Part shown: piece after piece, positions 1 to 10,841 of the stretch
How positions within the stretch are numbered: position 1 is the stretch's first letter
Layout: each line of letters starts with the position of its first letter
Origin: an uncultured Acidimicrobiia bacterium
Lineage (GTDB): Bacteria > Actinomycetota > Acidimicrobiia > Spongiisociales > UBA5794
Length of the DNA: 64,000 bases
Reading direction: 5' to 3'
Assembly (NCBI GenBank): GCA_963704825.1
Contig: CAVPHV010000021.1
Location: forward strand, 38,771 to 102,770
The notes under the pieces: model-generated
What the model was told of the DNA's origin: nothing
Seen by the model: only the letters and a program-made list of their open reading frames with translations
Databases searched by the model: none
Position numbers and translations under genes: made by a program

Positions 1-1
1 C

Positions 2-2008
2 CGATTCGGGATAGGTGGCTCCGGCCTCCGGCACGGCGAGTTCGACCGTTGGCACCGCCATATCTTCGTTTGCCGGTGGCAGCGTCGTGGTCGTGGTCGT
101 CGTGGTCGTGGTCGTGGTCGTCGTGGTCGGCGCCACCGTCGTGGTCGTCGTGGTCGGCGCCACCGTCGTGGTCGTCGTGGTCGGCGCCACCGTCGTCGTG
201 GTCGTGGTCGGCGCCACCGTCGTCGTGGTCGTCGTGGTCGTCCCCGGCCCGCCGCTCACCACGAGGAAGGCGGCGTCTTTGGCTGGGATGGTGATGGTGG
301 TGACCGGTGTGGGGTCGCCTTGGGGGTTCTTGTTGACGACGTCGTAGTAGGTGCCGCCCAGGTTGTGGGTCTTGGTGGTGCTGGTTGGGTTGACGATGAT
401 CAACCCGTTGCTGTAGGCACGGGCATACAGCCCTGAGGGCAACGCCAACCCCGATACCTGGGAGGTGGTTTCACTCGGGGTACCCCAGTCCCAGAAGTAC
501 AACTCGTCGGGCCGGTCGAGGTTGAACGGGCCCCCATAGGTGTACTTGGTTGCCGAGGGGCGATGCGCCAACAGCAACGACCCGTACGCAAACCGCTCAT
601 AGCGTTGCGGATCGGGCACCCCACGATTCCAGCGCACCCAATACGCTGCGGGCCAGTTGTTGGCCATGGTCCGAATCGTGCGGTCCATCTCCGCGGTCCA
701 CGAGAACCCGTTCCCCCACGACCCGTCGGTACGCATCCAGTTCTCCATCACCCCCGCATCGGTGTGATTGGCCAACAACTCATCCGCACACGAATCATTG
801 TTCTGGAGCGTGTTCGTCACCATCTTCTTCCCCGGCAACTCGGAACGCAGCCCAGCAAGCTTGGTTTGCTGATGGTCACCCCACCGATCCCGCGTCAGTT
901 TCTTGTTCACCGGGTCGTCCCACCCCCACACCGGGTTCCCCGCCCAATCGGCGTTGTTGTACTGCACACACGACGTCACATCCAACCAGAACGCGTTATA
1001 GCCCTGGAACCCCGACCCGAACGTGTCCCGAATCCGATCCGCGATCCACCCATACCCATCGGGCTGCCACAACTTGATCCCATACCGCAACGCATACCGG
1101 CTGTCGTCACGACCCGGAATCCCCGACAGGCCCTGATCATCGGCCACTGCGGTCTTCGACCCGATATACACCGGCGACATCACCCGAGCATTCGCCGCAT
1201 GCGACGTCGCCTCCGTCCCCCACAAACCACGCCGCACCGCCAACACCACATCCCCACCATCAACCGACGGGTTCCCCGTGATCTGCATCAACTCGTCATC
1301 AACCCGAACAAACGACACCACATCATGCGTATTCGCCGTATGCGCCCCCGCCGCCGTCCCCGCACCACGCGAACTGCGATACGGCCACGTCGCCGCCTCA
1401 CCCGACGGCCGCACCGACGCTGCGGACTTGACCCGCACCGTGGTCGCCCCCGCCGACAACGACCCCGACAACTTCGCCACATCCGCCCCATTGTCACCCG
1501 CCACATACGGCGCATAATTCCCCGGCCAGAACGTCGCGATCGCCAACGGGGCATTCGCCTCCAAATCCCCCGCCTCACCAAACAACAACGGCGCCGACTG
1601 CGACGACTGACTCACATACGAACCATTCCGATAATTCGACGCCACCACCCCACGCGACGCCAACTTCGCCGCCAACGTCGACGACGACGACCCCCGACAC
1701 AAATCACCCAACGTAAACACATTCGAACCTTCGCCGTGGAAATGCTCATACCAGACGGTGAGTTCGGCCAACCGCGCGTCCAAGGCGCCACCCGTCAACT
1801 CATTCACCGCCCGAATCTGTCCACAATCACCCACCTCAGTAAACAAATCGACATACGGTTCATCGCCCATGGCGGCATCCGGATAGGCGGAGCTGATGCC
1901 CATGCCCGGGGTCAGGCTCAGCGCGAGCCCGGCCAGCAGAACAAAAGCGAGAGTAGCGATCAGGGCGCGTCGAATGGACGACTTAGCGCCGCTTAGCGTG
2001 GATAGCAT
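2..2008 (-). CDS. Secreted putative glycoside hydrolase (GHL15-like) with Thr-rich linker; 3' end runs off the window
   Basis: Missing from the ORF track because there is no stop in the window. ATG at 2008 after a GAGGAAGGG RBS. Translates as MLSTLSGAKSSIRRALIATLAFVLLAGLALSL (signal peptide), then a core near-identical to 28524-30121 (GYNAFWLDV, GVMENW, YARAYSNGLIIVNP), a poly-Thr/VAP linker and the start of an Ig-like repeat (AVPTVELAVP). Confidence 0.8.
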   Translation of the reverse strand, partial: MLSTLSGAKSSIRRALIATLAFVLLAGLALSLTPGMGISSAYPDAAMGDEPYVDLFTEVGDCGQIRAVNELTGGALDARLAELTVWYEHFHGEGSNVFTLGDLCRGSSSSTLAAKLASRGVVASNYRNGSYVSQSSQSAPLLFGEAGDLEANAPLAIATFWPGNYAPYVAGDNGADVAKLSGSLSAGATTVRVKSAASVRPSGEAATWPYRSSRGAGTAAGAHTANTHDVVSFVRVDDELMQITGNPSVDGGDVVLAVRRGLWGTEATSHAANARVMSPVYIGSKTAVADDQGLSGIPGRDDSRYALRYGIKLWQPDGYGWIADRIRDTFGSGFQGYNAFWLDVTSCVQYNNADWAGNPVWGWDDPVNKKLTRDRWGDHQQTKLAGLRSELPGKKMVTNTLQNNDSCADELLANHTDAGVMENWMRTDGSWGNGFSWTAEMDRTIRTMANNWPAAYWVRWNRGVPDPQRYERFAYGSLLLAHRPSATKYTYGGPFNLDRPDELYFWDWGTPSETTSQVSGLALPSGLYARAYSNGLIIVNPTSTTKTHNLGGTYYDVVNKNPQGDPTPVTTITIPAKDAAFLVVSGGPGTTTTTTTTVAPTTTTTTVAPTTTTTTVAPTTTTTTVAPTTTTTTTTTTTTTTTLPPANEDMAVPTVELAVPEAGATYPES
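84..242. repeat. Intragenic low-complexity tandem repeat (27-bp unit encoding TTTTTTVAP, plus poly-Thr)
   Basis: gtcgtggtcgtcgtggtcggcgccacc-like unit repeated about four times, flanked by (gtc/gtg)n. Confidence 0.9.
261..1858. repeat. Copy A of a 1598-bp near-identical inverted repeat (partner 28524-30121)
   Basis: The reverse complement aligns end to end with 28524-30121. Both ends give the same coordinate sum (30382), so there is no net indel. Only scattered substitutions. Confidence 0.92.
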
Positions 2009-2174
2009 ATTCCCTTCCTCACTCATCTCATCTGCTGAATTGGTGAGGGTTACACAGTCGGTCCAGTCGGGCAACGCCTTGAGGAGATTCTTCCGACCCT
2101 TTTAGGACCGGCTTGTGGTCGCTCCGCGGCGTGAAACTGTCGCTTTCAGGCGCAGAACCGCGCCGGCGGGGGCG

Positions 2175-3296
2175 TCAGCTGCCGAAGGCGTTGGCCTCCA
2201 GCGCGGCATCGAGAGCCTCGAGTTCGTCGGGCGTCAGCAGGCGGTCGTAGTTGCGAGGGAGTTCGACCGCACCGGCGCCCTGACCAACCGCCCACTCCAC
2301 CGCGGCCGCCAAGTCGCCGACCAGCTCCGGCTTGGCGGTCTGGAGCGAGATCGGGGCACCAAGCGCCGCCATCGACTCGTACATCCGCTCATACCGGCCC
2401 TCGAACGGCGGCCACCGGATACTGTTGTTCTCGAGCACACACCGCTCGCCGAGCACCTCTCGGCAGTAGCTCATCATCGAGACCGTGAACTCGAGATCTA
2501 CACCGACCGTGCCATCCTGGTTGATCACCTGATAGGGGTTGAAGGCGAGCCCAGATCGCGTCGATCTCCACACCTGATGTGCCTCGACTTGGCGACGAAG
2601 GCACTCGCGGTCTTGAACCGAGTCGAACTCTGCCGCGAGCAGATTTGCGACGGAGACCTCATCAGCTGCGTCGCGGATGAAGGGTTCCGCGTAGACCGTC
2701 ATGCACTGCGAGATCGTGACGACTCTCAGTTCCGGCACGAGGTCGTAACGGTCGGCGAGTTTGGTATGCAGGTCCGTGTAGGCGTCCCCATAGTCGTCGG
2801 TCCAGAATCGTCCGATGGTGCCACTCACTTTGTCCTGGGGATCCATGATCGCCACGGGCCCTCCGGTGAGGCGCTTGAGTTCCTCAGGAGCCCCCAGACC
2901 GCCGAGGATGCGGAGCTTGATCTGAAGGCCCGTCCCGGGTTCTGCCGCTTCGATGCGGCGCACCTCTTCGATGGCGAGATCGAGTGGATTGCCCTCCAAG
3001 ATAGGACCAAACGGTTCGGCTTGAAGGTCTGACCAGTCCACCAGGACCACAAAGCCGTTGACAACCTCGCGCAACTCCTTGGGTGGCAGCATGTGGCGAT
3101 CTACGAGACCGGCCATAGCCGGCTTGAGTTCCACCGGCGGCTCGGTCGCTTCCGACGCTGCGATCGGATCGTCGCCGCCGGTTTGGCATCCTGCCATGGC
3201 AACGACAACCACCAGCAAGGCCGACAGCTCCAACAACCGGCGGCGTCTCGTTCGAACGCCGCCGGTTGCTACCACTTCGCTCCCAGCCTGGATCAT
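2175..3296 (-). CDS. Lipoprotein with putative glycoside hydrolase (TIM-barrel, GH42-like) domain
   Basis: Arg-rich n-region, hydrophobic stretch and lipobox MAGC. Motifs VDWSDLQ and FWTDDYGDAYTDLHTKLADRYD. Follows the 2244-aa gene after a 13-bp gap. Confidence 0.65.
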   Translation of the reverse strand: MIQAGSEVVATGGVRTRRRRLLELSALLVVVVAMAGCQTGGDDPIAASEATEPPVELKPAMAGLVDRHMLPPKELREVVNGFVVLVDWSDLQAEPFGPILEGNPLDLAIEEVRRIEAAEPGTGLQIKLRILGGLGAPEELKRLTGGPVAIMDPQDKVSGTIGRFWTDDYGDAYTDLHTKLADRYDLVPELRVVTISQCMTVYAEPFIRDAADEVSVANLLAAEFDSVQDRECLRRQVEAHQVWRSTRSGLAFNPYQVINQDGTVGVDLEFTVSMMSYCREVLGERCVLENNSIRWPPFEGRYERMYESMAALGAPISLQTAKPELVGDLAAAVEWAVGQGAGAVELPRNYDRLLTPDELEALDAALEANAFGS

Positions 3297-3309
3297 GGGC
3301 TTCGAGGGC

Positions 3310-6300
3310 TCAGCTTACGCTGAACCGCACCCATGGCTTGGTCTGGTCCGAATTGCCCGCCGCGTCATCGGCGCGAAGGCTGATGGCAAACTGCCCAGGA
3401 GCCGTCGGCGTGAAGTCGTAGCTCCACGTCGTGAGCGTTCCACCCGGTGTCCCCAGCGTGGTGTCGCCCGGGATCCAGATCCAGCCAACCTGCCAGTCGG
3501 TTCCGTTCCAGAACAGAGTGTTGGCGACGTCCTTGATCGCGATCCGGACCCGTGACACGCCGACGTTGTCCGTGGCCTCACCGGAGAACGTGATCGGGCC
3601 AACGGGGAAGTCCTGGTTGTTGGTCGGGACAATCACGGTTCCGTTCGGGTCGATCGTGTCCGGCACCTGGTCGGTGAGGTAGAACAGCACCCACGGCTTC
3701 GATTGGTCTTGGTTCCCGGATGTGTCTTCCGCCCGCACCAAGATGTTGAACTCACCGGCGGCCGGAGGAATCCAGCCCAGGCTCCACGCCGTGCTCGGCG
3801 CCCCCGGGTTGGCCAGCACCGTCTGCAAATACCGGAACCCGGTCACCCAACCCGTCCCGTCCCAGTACTGGTCGGTGAGACGATTCTTGATCGCGATCTC
3901 GACCTCAGCCACGCCCACGTCGTCGGTGGCTTCGCCGGAGAACCCGGTCCACGTCGCCATGTCGTAGGTCGCCTGGTGCAGTGGCACCGCTACGGTGGCA
4001 TCCGGCTCGACCGTATCCCCGGTCGGGATCGTGAGAGAGAAGGCCACCCAGGGCTTGGTTTGGTCCTGGTTGCCGGAGGTGTCTTCGGCCCGAACCAGGA
4101 CGGCATAGTTGCCCGGTCCGGCCGGCACCCAGTCGTTGCTCCAGTCGGTATCCACCGCATTGGGTGCGGCCAACACCGTCGGGAGGTAGACAAAGGCGGT
4201 CTGCCAAGTAAGGCCGTTCCACCAGGTTCCGGCATCACGATCTTTGATGGCAACGACGACCTCGGCAACCCCGACATCGTCGGTTGCGTTGCCGGTAATG
4301 CCGGTCCACGTTGGCAATGGGTAGGTCTGCAGGTGCTGCGGAACGGTGACCGTTGCGTCCGGATCCACCGCGTCCGGCGGCAGTTCGCTCACGGAGAACC
4401 GAACCCACGGACGGGTCGAGTCACTGTTGCCGGCGCCGTCGGTGGCCATCACCGCAATGCCGAAGTCGCCCTCCCGCGGCGTCCACGCAAAGGTCCATCC
4501 GGTGGACACCCCGCCCGGAGCGTCGAGGACGGTGACGTGACGCTTGTAACCCGGGGAGAACGTCACGCCGTCGGCCTCGAGCCACTCGTCCGTGTTGCGA
4601 TCCTTGATCGCGACCTGAACCATGGCGACTCCGCTGCCATCGACCTCGTCTGTTGCGGTTCCGGAGATCACGGCGATTTCGGCAGCCGTATACACCTCGT
4701 CGTTCACCGGCAGCGTGACCTCACCGTTTGGCTCGGTGGTGTCGGGCGGCGTCGGCCCCGAAAGTGCCAGGTCCCAGTACGTGATTCGGTTGTTGTCGTG
4801 GTCGCTGACGGCGAGCGTCATCTCGTCCGGCGACACTGCGACACCCTTGGGGCCGCTCAGCTGTCCGAGGCCAACCGCCGTGGAGAAGGTGCCCGAGGTT
4901 CCGAAGAACTTGACCAGATTGTTGCCCGAGTCGGCGACCAGCAGCATTTCGCTGTCGCCAAACATCTCAACCGCAAGGTTGTGCGGGTTGCGCACCTGAT
5001 TCTGAGCGGTGCCTCCGGTGACAATGGTCCCGATCAAGTCACCGGCAGCGTTGTACTTTGTGATCGAGTCGGTGGCGCCGTCGTTGGCGGAATAGATGTT
5101 GCCGGCGGAGTCGACGGCGACGCCGCGCGGTGACACCACGGAAGCCGTGATCACATCGAGGGTGAAGCCGGTGACATCCAAACGGATCAACCGGTTGTTG
5201 AGGGTGTCGGCGATCCAGTAGGAACCGTCGGCGGCAATCGCCGTCTGATGGGGCCGACCAAGCGTCGTCGACACCGGCACAACCGTGGAGTCAAAGGTGC
5301 CATCGGCTGCGAACAGTGACAGGCGGTTGTTCTCGCTGTCGGTCACGACAACTCTGCCGTCGGCCGCCATGATGGCGGCACGCGGGAAGATGAGGCCGCC
5401 GTCACCCGAACCGTAGGCACCCCACTCGGTGGCAAACGACCCATCAGGGTTGAACTTCTGCATCCGATGGTTGAACCAGTCGGCCACGTAAAGGTTGCCG
5501 GCGTCGTCGTAGGTGAGGCCGAACGGGCCGTTGAACCCACCGGGACTCGGCGGCGTTCCGCCAATCGTCTCGGCATACGAAGGCGCGCCACCACTCACGG
5601 TGAACCGCTGCAACTGGAATGACCACTGGTCGCTGACCACAACGTCGCCGTTGTCCATGAAGATCCCCGAAGGCTGCCGGAACTGGCCGGGGCCGTTCCC
5701 GTAGCCGCCGATCGGCGCCGCAATGGGGGTTCCGTTGGTCTGGACGTGAGCCAGCTGCAGGTTCCTCGCATCACCCACCCAGAGCCCGCCGCTGCCGTCG
5801 GCGGCGATGGCGCGGGGACGGTCGATGAAGAAGCTGCCGAGCTCGGCGCCCGTCGTCGGGTTCAGCGAAACGACCCGGTCGTTGTCGGCATCACCGATGT
5901 ACAGATTGCCGTCATCGCCGATCTCGATCGTGCGTGGCCGCGACAGGGGTGTGCCGCCAACTTCTGTTGTCTGCCACATCTCGAGGTCGGTGGTCGCGTT
6001 GATCTTGACCACCCGGTTGTTGTAGGTGTCGGCAACGTAGACGCCGGTGGCATCGGCCACCACGCCCCATGGCCCGTCAAGTCCCGTGCCACGCAGCTCC
6101 GTCACCACCGTGCCGGTCTTGGTGATCTTGACCACCTTGTTGTCACCGCTGGATTGATCGCCAACCCAGAGGTGGACCCCGTCTGGGTCGAGGGCAACGA
6201 CCCGAGGGTCGTTCCAACCGACATCGGATACCACCGTGACGTTGCGAGCGGCGTCGATTCTCACGATCCGACTGTTACCCGAGTCGGCGACATACCAATT

Positions 6301-9300
6301 GGTTCCGTCGTGGGCGCCGTCGCCCGGGTAGAGCGGAGCCACTCCTGCGGGGTTCGAAGCCTCGCCGCCGTAGGTGTCGTCGAAGTTCACGAGATTCTCG
6401 CCGACGCGGAACTTCTGGACACGATGGTTGTAGGTGTCGGCTACGTACAGGAACCCGTTGTCGTAGCGCAGCGCGTGCGGCCGGGCGAACTCGCCGTTGC
6501 CGGTCCCCGGGGCGCCGAAGCCGTCACCGAGGTCGTTGAGGTCGCTGTCGAAGTGGCGGATCCGGCCGTTGCCGGTGTCGGCAACCCAGAGGGTGCCGTC
6601 GGCAGCCAGTGCGATGCCTTCAGGAGCTGAGAGCCCTGCGGCGGCCTGCGCAACGAAGGTGCCATTGATGGTGAGCTTCTGGATCCGGTTGTTGCCGGAG
6701 TCGGCAACGTACATGTGCGTGTCGTCGACGGCCACACCCTGGGGAGTGTTGAACTGTCCATCCCCGATCCCAAAGCTCCCGATCGCGGCGCCGTAGGTGT
6801 CCGTGGCCGGGTTGTACGGAAGGATGCGGAAGTTGTACGTATCCACGATGTAGAGGATGCCGTTGTAGAACGTGAGCCCCTCAGGTCCGTTCAGTGGGCT
6901 TCCCGGGGGACCCTCGGTCTCGAAGCTGCTCCCATTGAGGTTCGCATCCCAGAGTTGCACTCCGCCGCCGCGAGTGTCGGCCGCCCAGACCGTACCGTCG
7001 TCGGCGACGGCAACAGCCTCCGGCCAGCTGAAGGTGCCCGGAGCAGTTGCGCGCGAACCCTTGTGAGCAACATAGTTGCCGTTGGCATCGAGCTTCTGGA
7101 TGCGATGGTTGAGCCGCTCCATGACGTAGATCGAGCCGTCGGGTCCGATGTCAATGCCGTAGGGCTGGGCGAACCCGGGAACGGGGGCCGTGGCGCCCTC
7201 GATCGACGAAGCGTAGGTCCCATCGGGGTTGAAGACCTCGATGCCGTTACCCCAGAAGTCCAGGCCGTAGACCTTGCCAGCAGAGTCGATGGCGACGCGG
7301 CGCAGGTGGTTGAATAGCCCAGGCTCGAAGCCGGGCGCGCCGGGGTCGACACAGAAGTCGGGGTGAACCGAGCAACGGCCTGCCCACTCTGCGGTGAAGG
7401 ACCAGTCGCCTGCGCTGTAGTCGTAGATGACGACACGGCCGGTTCCGGTGTCGGAGACGTACATCCGATTGCCGGTCGAATCCCACACCATGTTGTACGG
7501 GAAGTTCAGGTCTCCGTCGCCGGGACCGCCGAGTTCGTACACCGGGGTCGAGTTCCACGAACCCCCAGGGGTGACGTCGAAGGCCTTGATACGGTGGTTC
7601 TTGTAGTCGGACACCCAGAGGTAGCCGTCGGGACCCCGCGCCGCGTCGCGCGGACCGTTGAGGCCAACCGCCGGTGAGACCCACTGGAATACGCCGGCGG
7701 CATCCCACGCTTTGATTCGGTCCTGAGCGCTCGACGCCACGAGGACCTGGCCGTTGACGGCATCCCAGCTCAAACCGATAGGTGTGTTCAGGCAGTCGCT
7801 ACAGGTGCCCGTCGTCCCTCGGGTCCACACGTGATTGCCCGCGGCGTCGAACTTCTGAATCCGGTCGTTCTCGGCGTCGGCAACATAGATGTTCCCCACA
7901 TCATCGATCGCGACGTCGCGGGGGCTCTCGAACTCGCCGTCTGCTCCGCCATCGGAACCAAACTCGCCGAGCTTGGTCCCGTCGAGGGCGTAGCGCAGAA
8001 TCCGGTCCATCCCGGTATCGGCGATCACGAGCTGATTGTTGGTGGCGTCGTATTCGAACCCCGACGGATACATCGCAGCGGTTGACTGACCCGCCGGCGT
8101 GCCCACATACGGTGCGGGGGCATCAGCCACGGCAATGTCCCACGTGAACACGTGGATCTGGTCGTTGTAGGTGTCGGAGACGTAGACGAGATCGCCGTCG
8201 ACCGTAACCGCGGCTGGATGGTTGAAGCCCGGGCCGCTGAACTCGCCGATCACGTTGTAGGTGCCGTCCATGATGACGATCTTGTTGTTGTTGGAGTCGG
8301 CGACGTAGATACGACCGAGGTCATCGACGGCGATGCCTTCGGGATGGTCGAAGCCGCGGTCGACGTTGCGCTCGGTCACATAGTTGACGCCGTCGCTGGT
8401 TTGGACGACCTTGATCCGGTTGTTGTTGGTGTCCGAGATCAGGAGCCGGCCGCTGATGGGATGGACGACCACTCCCTGCGGGTTGAGCATCTGACCCCAG
8501 TTGGATCCTTTGGACCCGTACTTGCCGAGGTACTGGCGAGTGGCGACGTCATACGCCTTGATCCGGTGGTTCTCGGTGTCGGCGATGAAGGCAATGTTGT
8601 CGGTCTCGCGAATGTCGAGGGCGTAGGGCCACACAAACTGATTGTCGCCATCACCCGCACCGGCTCCGATGAACTCGATGCCCGTGCAGTTGGGATCAAC
8701 GATTTGGATGCGGTGCTGCTTGGTGTCGGCAATCCAGATCTCACCGGTGGTCTTGTCGACTTCGAGACCGCGCGGCCAGTTGAACTTTCCGAGCTCAGCC
8801 CCGGCAGACGCTCGAGTTCCACAAACCGAGATGACCTCTCCGCCGCCGGTCACGTTGCCTTCAGCGTCCAAGGTGAGTGGGTTCATCCGTACGAACCTGT
8901 GGTGCACGGTATCGATGACGTTGAGAACGCCGTCGGCGCCGATCCCCACTTCGCGTGGCTCGTGGAATACCGAGGTATCGGACGGGACCCCCGGCGGGGT
9001 GCCGATCTCCTGGGCCCAGACATACCCGGTTGGGGTGCGCTCGAAGCGCTCGACCTTGAAGCCCCACAGGTCGGAAACCCAGACGTCGCCGGAACCGTCC
9101 GTGGCGACAGCAGAACGGCGCATCGTCGTGATGGTGCCGGTCGTCTCGGGAGTGCCCTCCACACCGAACTTGTCGATGAACGTTCCGTCGAGTTCGAACG
9201 TCTGCACCCGGAAGTTGAGCGCATCGGCGACGTAGAGGATCTCCCGACCAAGCACCGGGTCGGTGGCCACTCGAACGCCGTACGGCGTCTTGAATTGCCC

Positions 9301-10044
9301 ATTGCCGGTACCCGTCGTCCCCCAGGTGGTGCAGGTGTCGTCGAGGGCGATTTTGGCGATCTCGTTGGTCTCGTAGCCGGCGACGTACACGTTGCCGGCG
9401 GAATCGGCGGTGGCGTCGCGGATGCCGGCGAAATTCAGACACGCGTCGTTTGCGGTGAGGTCATCATGGACGATCTCACGCAGGGTCGAGAAGTCCGTGG
9501 TGTCGATAACCCGCACCCGCTTGCGCCCGGTATCGGCGAGGTAGAGCAGGTCGTCGGTGATTGAACCGCCCATCGGGAAGTTCACGTCCTTTGCGACCGT
9601 GCCCGTGTAGGTGTCGGTCCAGACGCCGTTCGGGTCGAGTTTCACAACGCGCGAGTTGCGGGTGTCTATCACAAAGACGTTGCCGACTGAATCGACCGCA
9701 ACATCACGCGGGTTGTCGAATTGGTTGATGCCGGCACCCCACTCGCCGATCCGCCACAGCTCATTGCCGCTCTGGTCGAACTTCACGATCTGGTTGTTGC
9801 CGGTGTCCGCCACGACCAGCGTGTTGTCGACCGCCGACGTCTCGAGGCCCGACGAGTAGATCTGACTGTGCGAAGGCCCGCCGAGTGTTCCGAGGTATTG
9901 CGGCGTCAGGCCGGCGTCGGCCTTCACCTGGGTTGGGGTGATGATCACCATCGAAACCAGCAGAGCCAACGCCAAGGCGAGGGCGATCAAACCGCGGGCC
10001 TGGGCACGCCCGAGTGTGATTGAAGTGGTCCTGTGCGTTGTCAT
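3310..10044 (-). CDS. Giant secreted NHL-repeat (multi beta-propeller) protein with four C-terminal Trp-rich Ig-like repeats
   Basis: 2244-aa ORF with a signal peptide and many F-x-x-P-x-G/D-[VI]-A-V-D...YVAD-x-x-N-x-R-I-Q-K-F repeats. Four G-x-A-T-D...W-x-G-x-x-W...RA-x-D-x-x-GN-x-D-x-T-K-P-W repeats. Confidence 0.9.
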   Translation of the reverse strand: MTTHRTTSITLGRAQARGLIALALALALLVSMVIITPTQVKADAGLTPQYLGTLGGPSHSQIYSSGLETSAVDNTLVVADTGNNQIVKFDQSGNELWRIGEWGAGINQFDNPRDVAVDSVGNVFVIDTRNSRVVKLDPNGVWTDTYTGTVAKDVNFPMGGSITDDLLYLADTGRKRVRVIDTTDFSTLREIVHDDLTANDACLNFAGIRDATADSAGNVYVAGYETNEIAKIALDDTCTTWGTTGTGNGQFKTPYGVRVATDPVLGREILYVADALNFRVQTFELDGTFIDKFGVEGTPETTGTITTMRRSAVATDGSGDVWVSDLWGFKVERFERTPTGYVWAQEIGTPPGVPSDTSVFHEPREVGIGADGVLNVIDTVHHRFVRMNPLTLDAEGNVTGGGEVISVCGTRASAGAELGKFNWPRGLEVDKTTGEIWIADTKQHRIQIVDPNCTGIEFIGAGAGDGDNQFVWPYALDIRETDNIAFIADTENHRIKAYDVATRQYLGKYGSKGSNWGQMLNPQGVVVHPISGRLLISDTNNNRIKVVQTSDGVNYVTERNVDRGFDHPEGIAVDDLGRIYVADSNNNKIVIMDGTYNVIGEFSGPGFNHPAAVTVDGDLVYVSDTYNDQIHVFTWDIAVADAPAPYVGTPAGQSTAAMYPSGFEYDATNNQLVIADTGMDRILRYALDGTKLGEFGSDGGADGEFESPRDVAIDDVGNIYVADAENDRIQKFDAAGNHVWTRGTTGTCSDCLNTPIGLSWDAVNGQVLVASSAQDRIKAWDAAGVFQWVSPAVGLNGPRDAARGPDGYLWVSDYKNHRIKAFDVTPGGSWNSTPVYELGGPGDGDLNFPYNMVWDSTGNRMYVSDTGTGRVVIYDYSAGDWSFTAEWAGRCSVHPDFCVDPGAPGFEPGLFNHLRRVAIDSAGKVYGLDFWGNGIEVFNPDGTYASSIEGATAPVPGFAQPYGIDIGPDGSIYVMERLNHRIQKLDANGNYVAHKGSRATAPGTFSWPEAVAVADDGTVWAADTRGGGVQLWDANLNGSSFETEGPPGSPLNGPEGLTFYNGILYIVDTYNFRILPYNPATDTYGAAIGSFGIGDGQFNTPQGVAVDDTHMYVADSGNNRIQKLTINGTFVAQAAAGLSAPEGIALAADGTLWVADTGNGRIRHFDSDLNDLGDGFGAPGTGNGEFARPHALRYDNGFLYVADTYNHRVQKFRVGENLVNFDDTYGGEASNPAGVAPLYPGDGAHDGTNWYVADSGNSRIVRIDAARNVTVVSDVGWNDPRVVALDPDGVHLWVGDQSSGDNKVVKITKTGTVVTELRGTGLDGPWGVVADATGVYVADTYNNRVVKINATTDLEMWQTTEVGGTPLSRPRTIEIGDDGNLYIGDADNDRVVSLNPTTGAELGSFFIDRPRAIAADGSGGLWVGDARNLQLAHVQTNGTPIAAPIGGYGNGPGQFRQPSGIFMDNGDVVVSDQWSFQLQRFTVSGGAPSYAETIGGTPPSPGGFNGPFGLTYDDAGNLYVADWFNHRMQKFNPDGSFATEWGAYGSGDGGLIFPRAAIMAADGRVVVTDSENNRLSLFAADGTFDSTVVPVSTTLGRPHQTAIAADGSYWIADTLNNRLIRLDVTGFTLDVITASVVSPRGVAVDSAGNIYSANDGATDSITKYNAAGDLIGTIVTGGTAQNQVRNPHNLAVEMFGDSEMLLVADSGNNLVKFFGTSGTFSTAVGLGQLSGPKGVAVSPDEMTLAVSDHDNNRITYWDLALSGPTPPDTTEPNGEVTLPVNDEVYTAAEIAVISGTATDEVDGSGVAMVQVAIKDRNTDEWLEADGVTFSPGYKRHVTVLDAPGGVSTGWTFAWTPREGDFGIAVMATDGAGNSDSTRPWVRFSVSELPPDAVDPDATVTVPQHLQTYPLPTWTGITGNATDDVGVAEVVVAIKDRDAGTWWNGLTWQTAFVYLPTVLAAPNAVDTDWSNDWVPAGPGNYAVLVRAEDTSGNQDQTKPWVAFSLTIPTGDTVEPDATVAVPLHQATYDMATWTGFSGEATDDVGVAEVEIAIKNRLTDQYWDGTGWVTGFRYLQTVLANPGAPSTAWSLGWIPPAAGEFNILVRAEDTSGNQDQSKPWVLFYLTDQVPDTIDPNGTVIVPTNNQDFPVGPITFSGEATDNVGVSRVRIAIKDVANTLFWNGTDWQVGWIWIPGDTTLGTPGGTLTTWSYDFTPTAPGQFAISLRADDAAGNSDQTKPWVRFSVS

Positions 10045-10424
10045 CTGTGCCGCCTCACGTTGTGCTCATCCCTTGTTGACCCCCACCAATACATCCCGCT
10101 CTGGCACGCCAATTCAGGCGCGCGTGCGCCACCAGGTGATTGGTGCATTTCATTCCCCGACCATCCAGGCACGGTTCCCCCCGCTCCCCACTCTTCCAAG
10201 CCTCAGCAGCCGCGTAGCGCGGCTTCCGTCGTTGCGATTCCTATTGACGCCAGCGTCTGGCACCTTCGGGCCACGATTCCCCCTTGTGGAATCCCCGAGG
10301 TTGTGCCCTCTACGAGCATGTAAGAATCTTAACGGGGCCACGGTGGTATGTCACCAGGAATTGGCCCATTTTGTCAGCCTGTTGCACTGACTAGTCACCA
10401 TGTGCGTCGCGGCGGAGGTTGGGT

Positions 10425-10841
10425 TCAACGGAACCGCACCATCACCTCGTGATTCCCCCGGCCGGGAGGCGGTCCAACGTCTCGATCTTCCACTTCAACC
10501 CAGGCATGAGCAGAGATGTCCTCCCCCGCTTCGGGGAGGCCGATGGCGAGCAGGGCGGGAGATCGCTGCTCATGAAGCACCCGAAACACGACCAATGACC
10601 CGATGAGACAACGTGGCCGATAGGGCCCCAACCGGAGGAGGCGATACGTTGCCCAGCTCACCCGACGCGGCGGATGCACATCGCGGGCGACCGACGCGCC
10701 CACCGCCAGGTTGCGAACGAGTTCCGGGAGGGGGCGGCGGCGCAGTCGCAACCCGACCTGCACGACCACAAAGGCCCGGAAGATCCGCAGCGCGAGGCGG
10801 ATTCGACTCGCCGCCGAAACAGGCGCCCATGAGTCGGTCAT
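10425..10841 (-). CDS. Lasso peptide biosynthesis B2 protein (transglutaminase-like leader peptidase)
   Basis: 138 aa with catalytic motifs RCLIGS and AHAWVE. ATGA overlap with the upstream kinase gene. Confidence 0.88.
   Translation of the reverse strand: MTDSWAPVSAASRIRLALRIFRAFVVVQVGLRLRRRPLPELVRNLAVGASVARDVHPPRRVSWATYRLLRLGPYRPRCLIGSLVVFRVLHEQRSPALLAIGLPEAGEDISAHAWVEVEDRDVGPPPGRGNHEVMVRFR

Noticed and set aside
84-242. Short tandem repeats as a possible CRISPR array
   Set aside because: No unique spacers and no cas genes. The repeats encode an in-frame Thr-rich linker.
563-1996. Long Arg/His-rich plus-strand ORF (477 aa), its twin at 28521-29819, and similar 777-887 aa ORFs opposite the NHL genes
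   Set aside because: Antisense shadows of real genes, caused by high GC and codon bias. They have no protein-like motifs.
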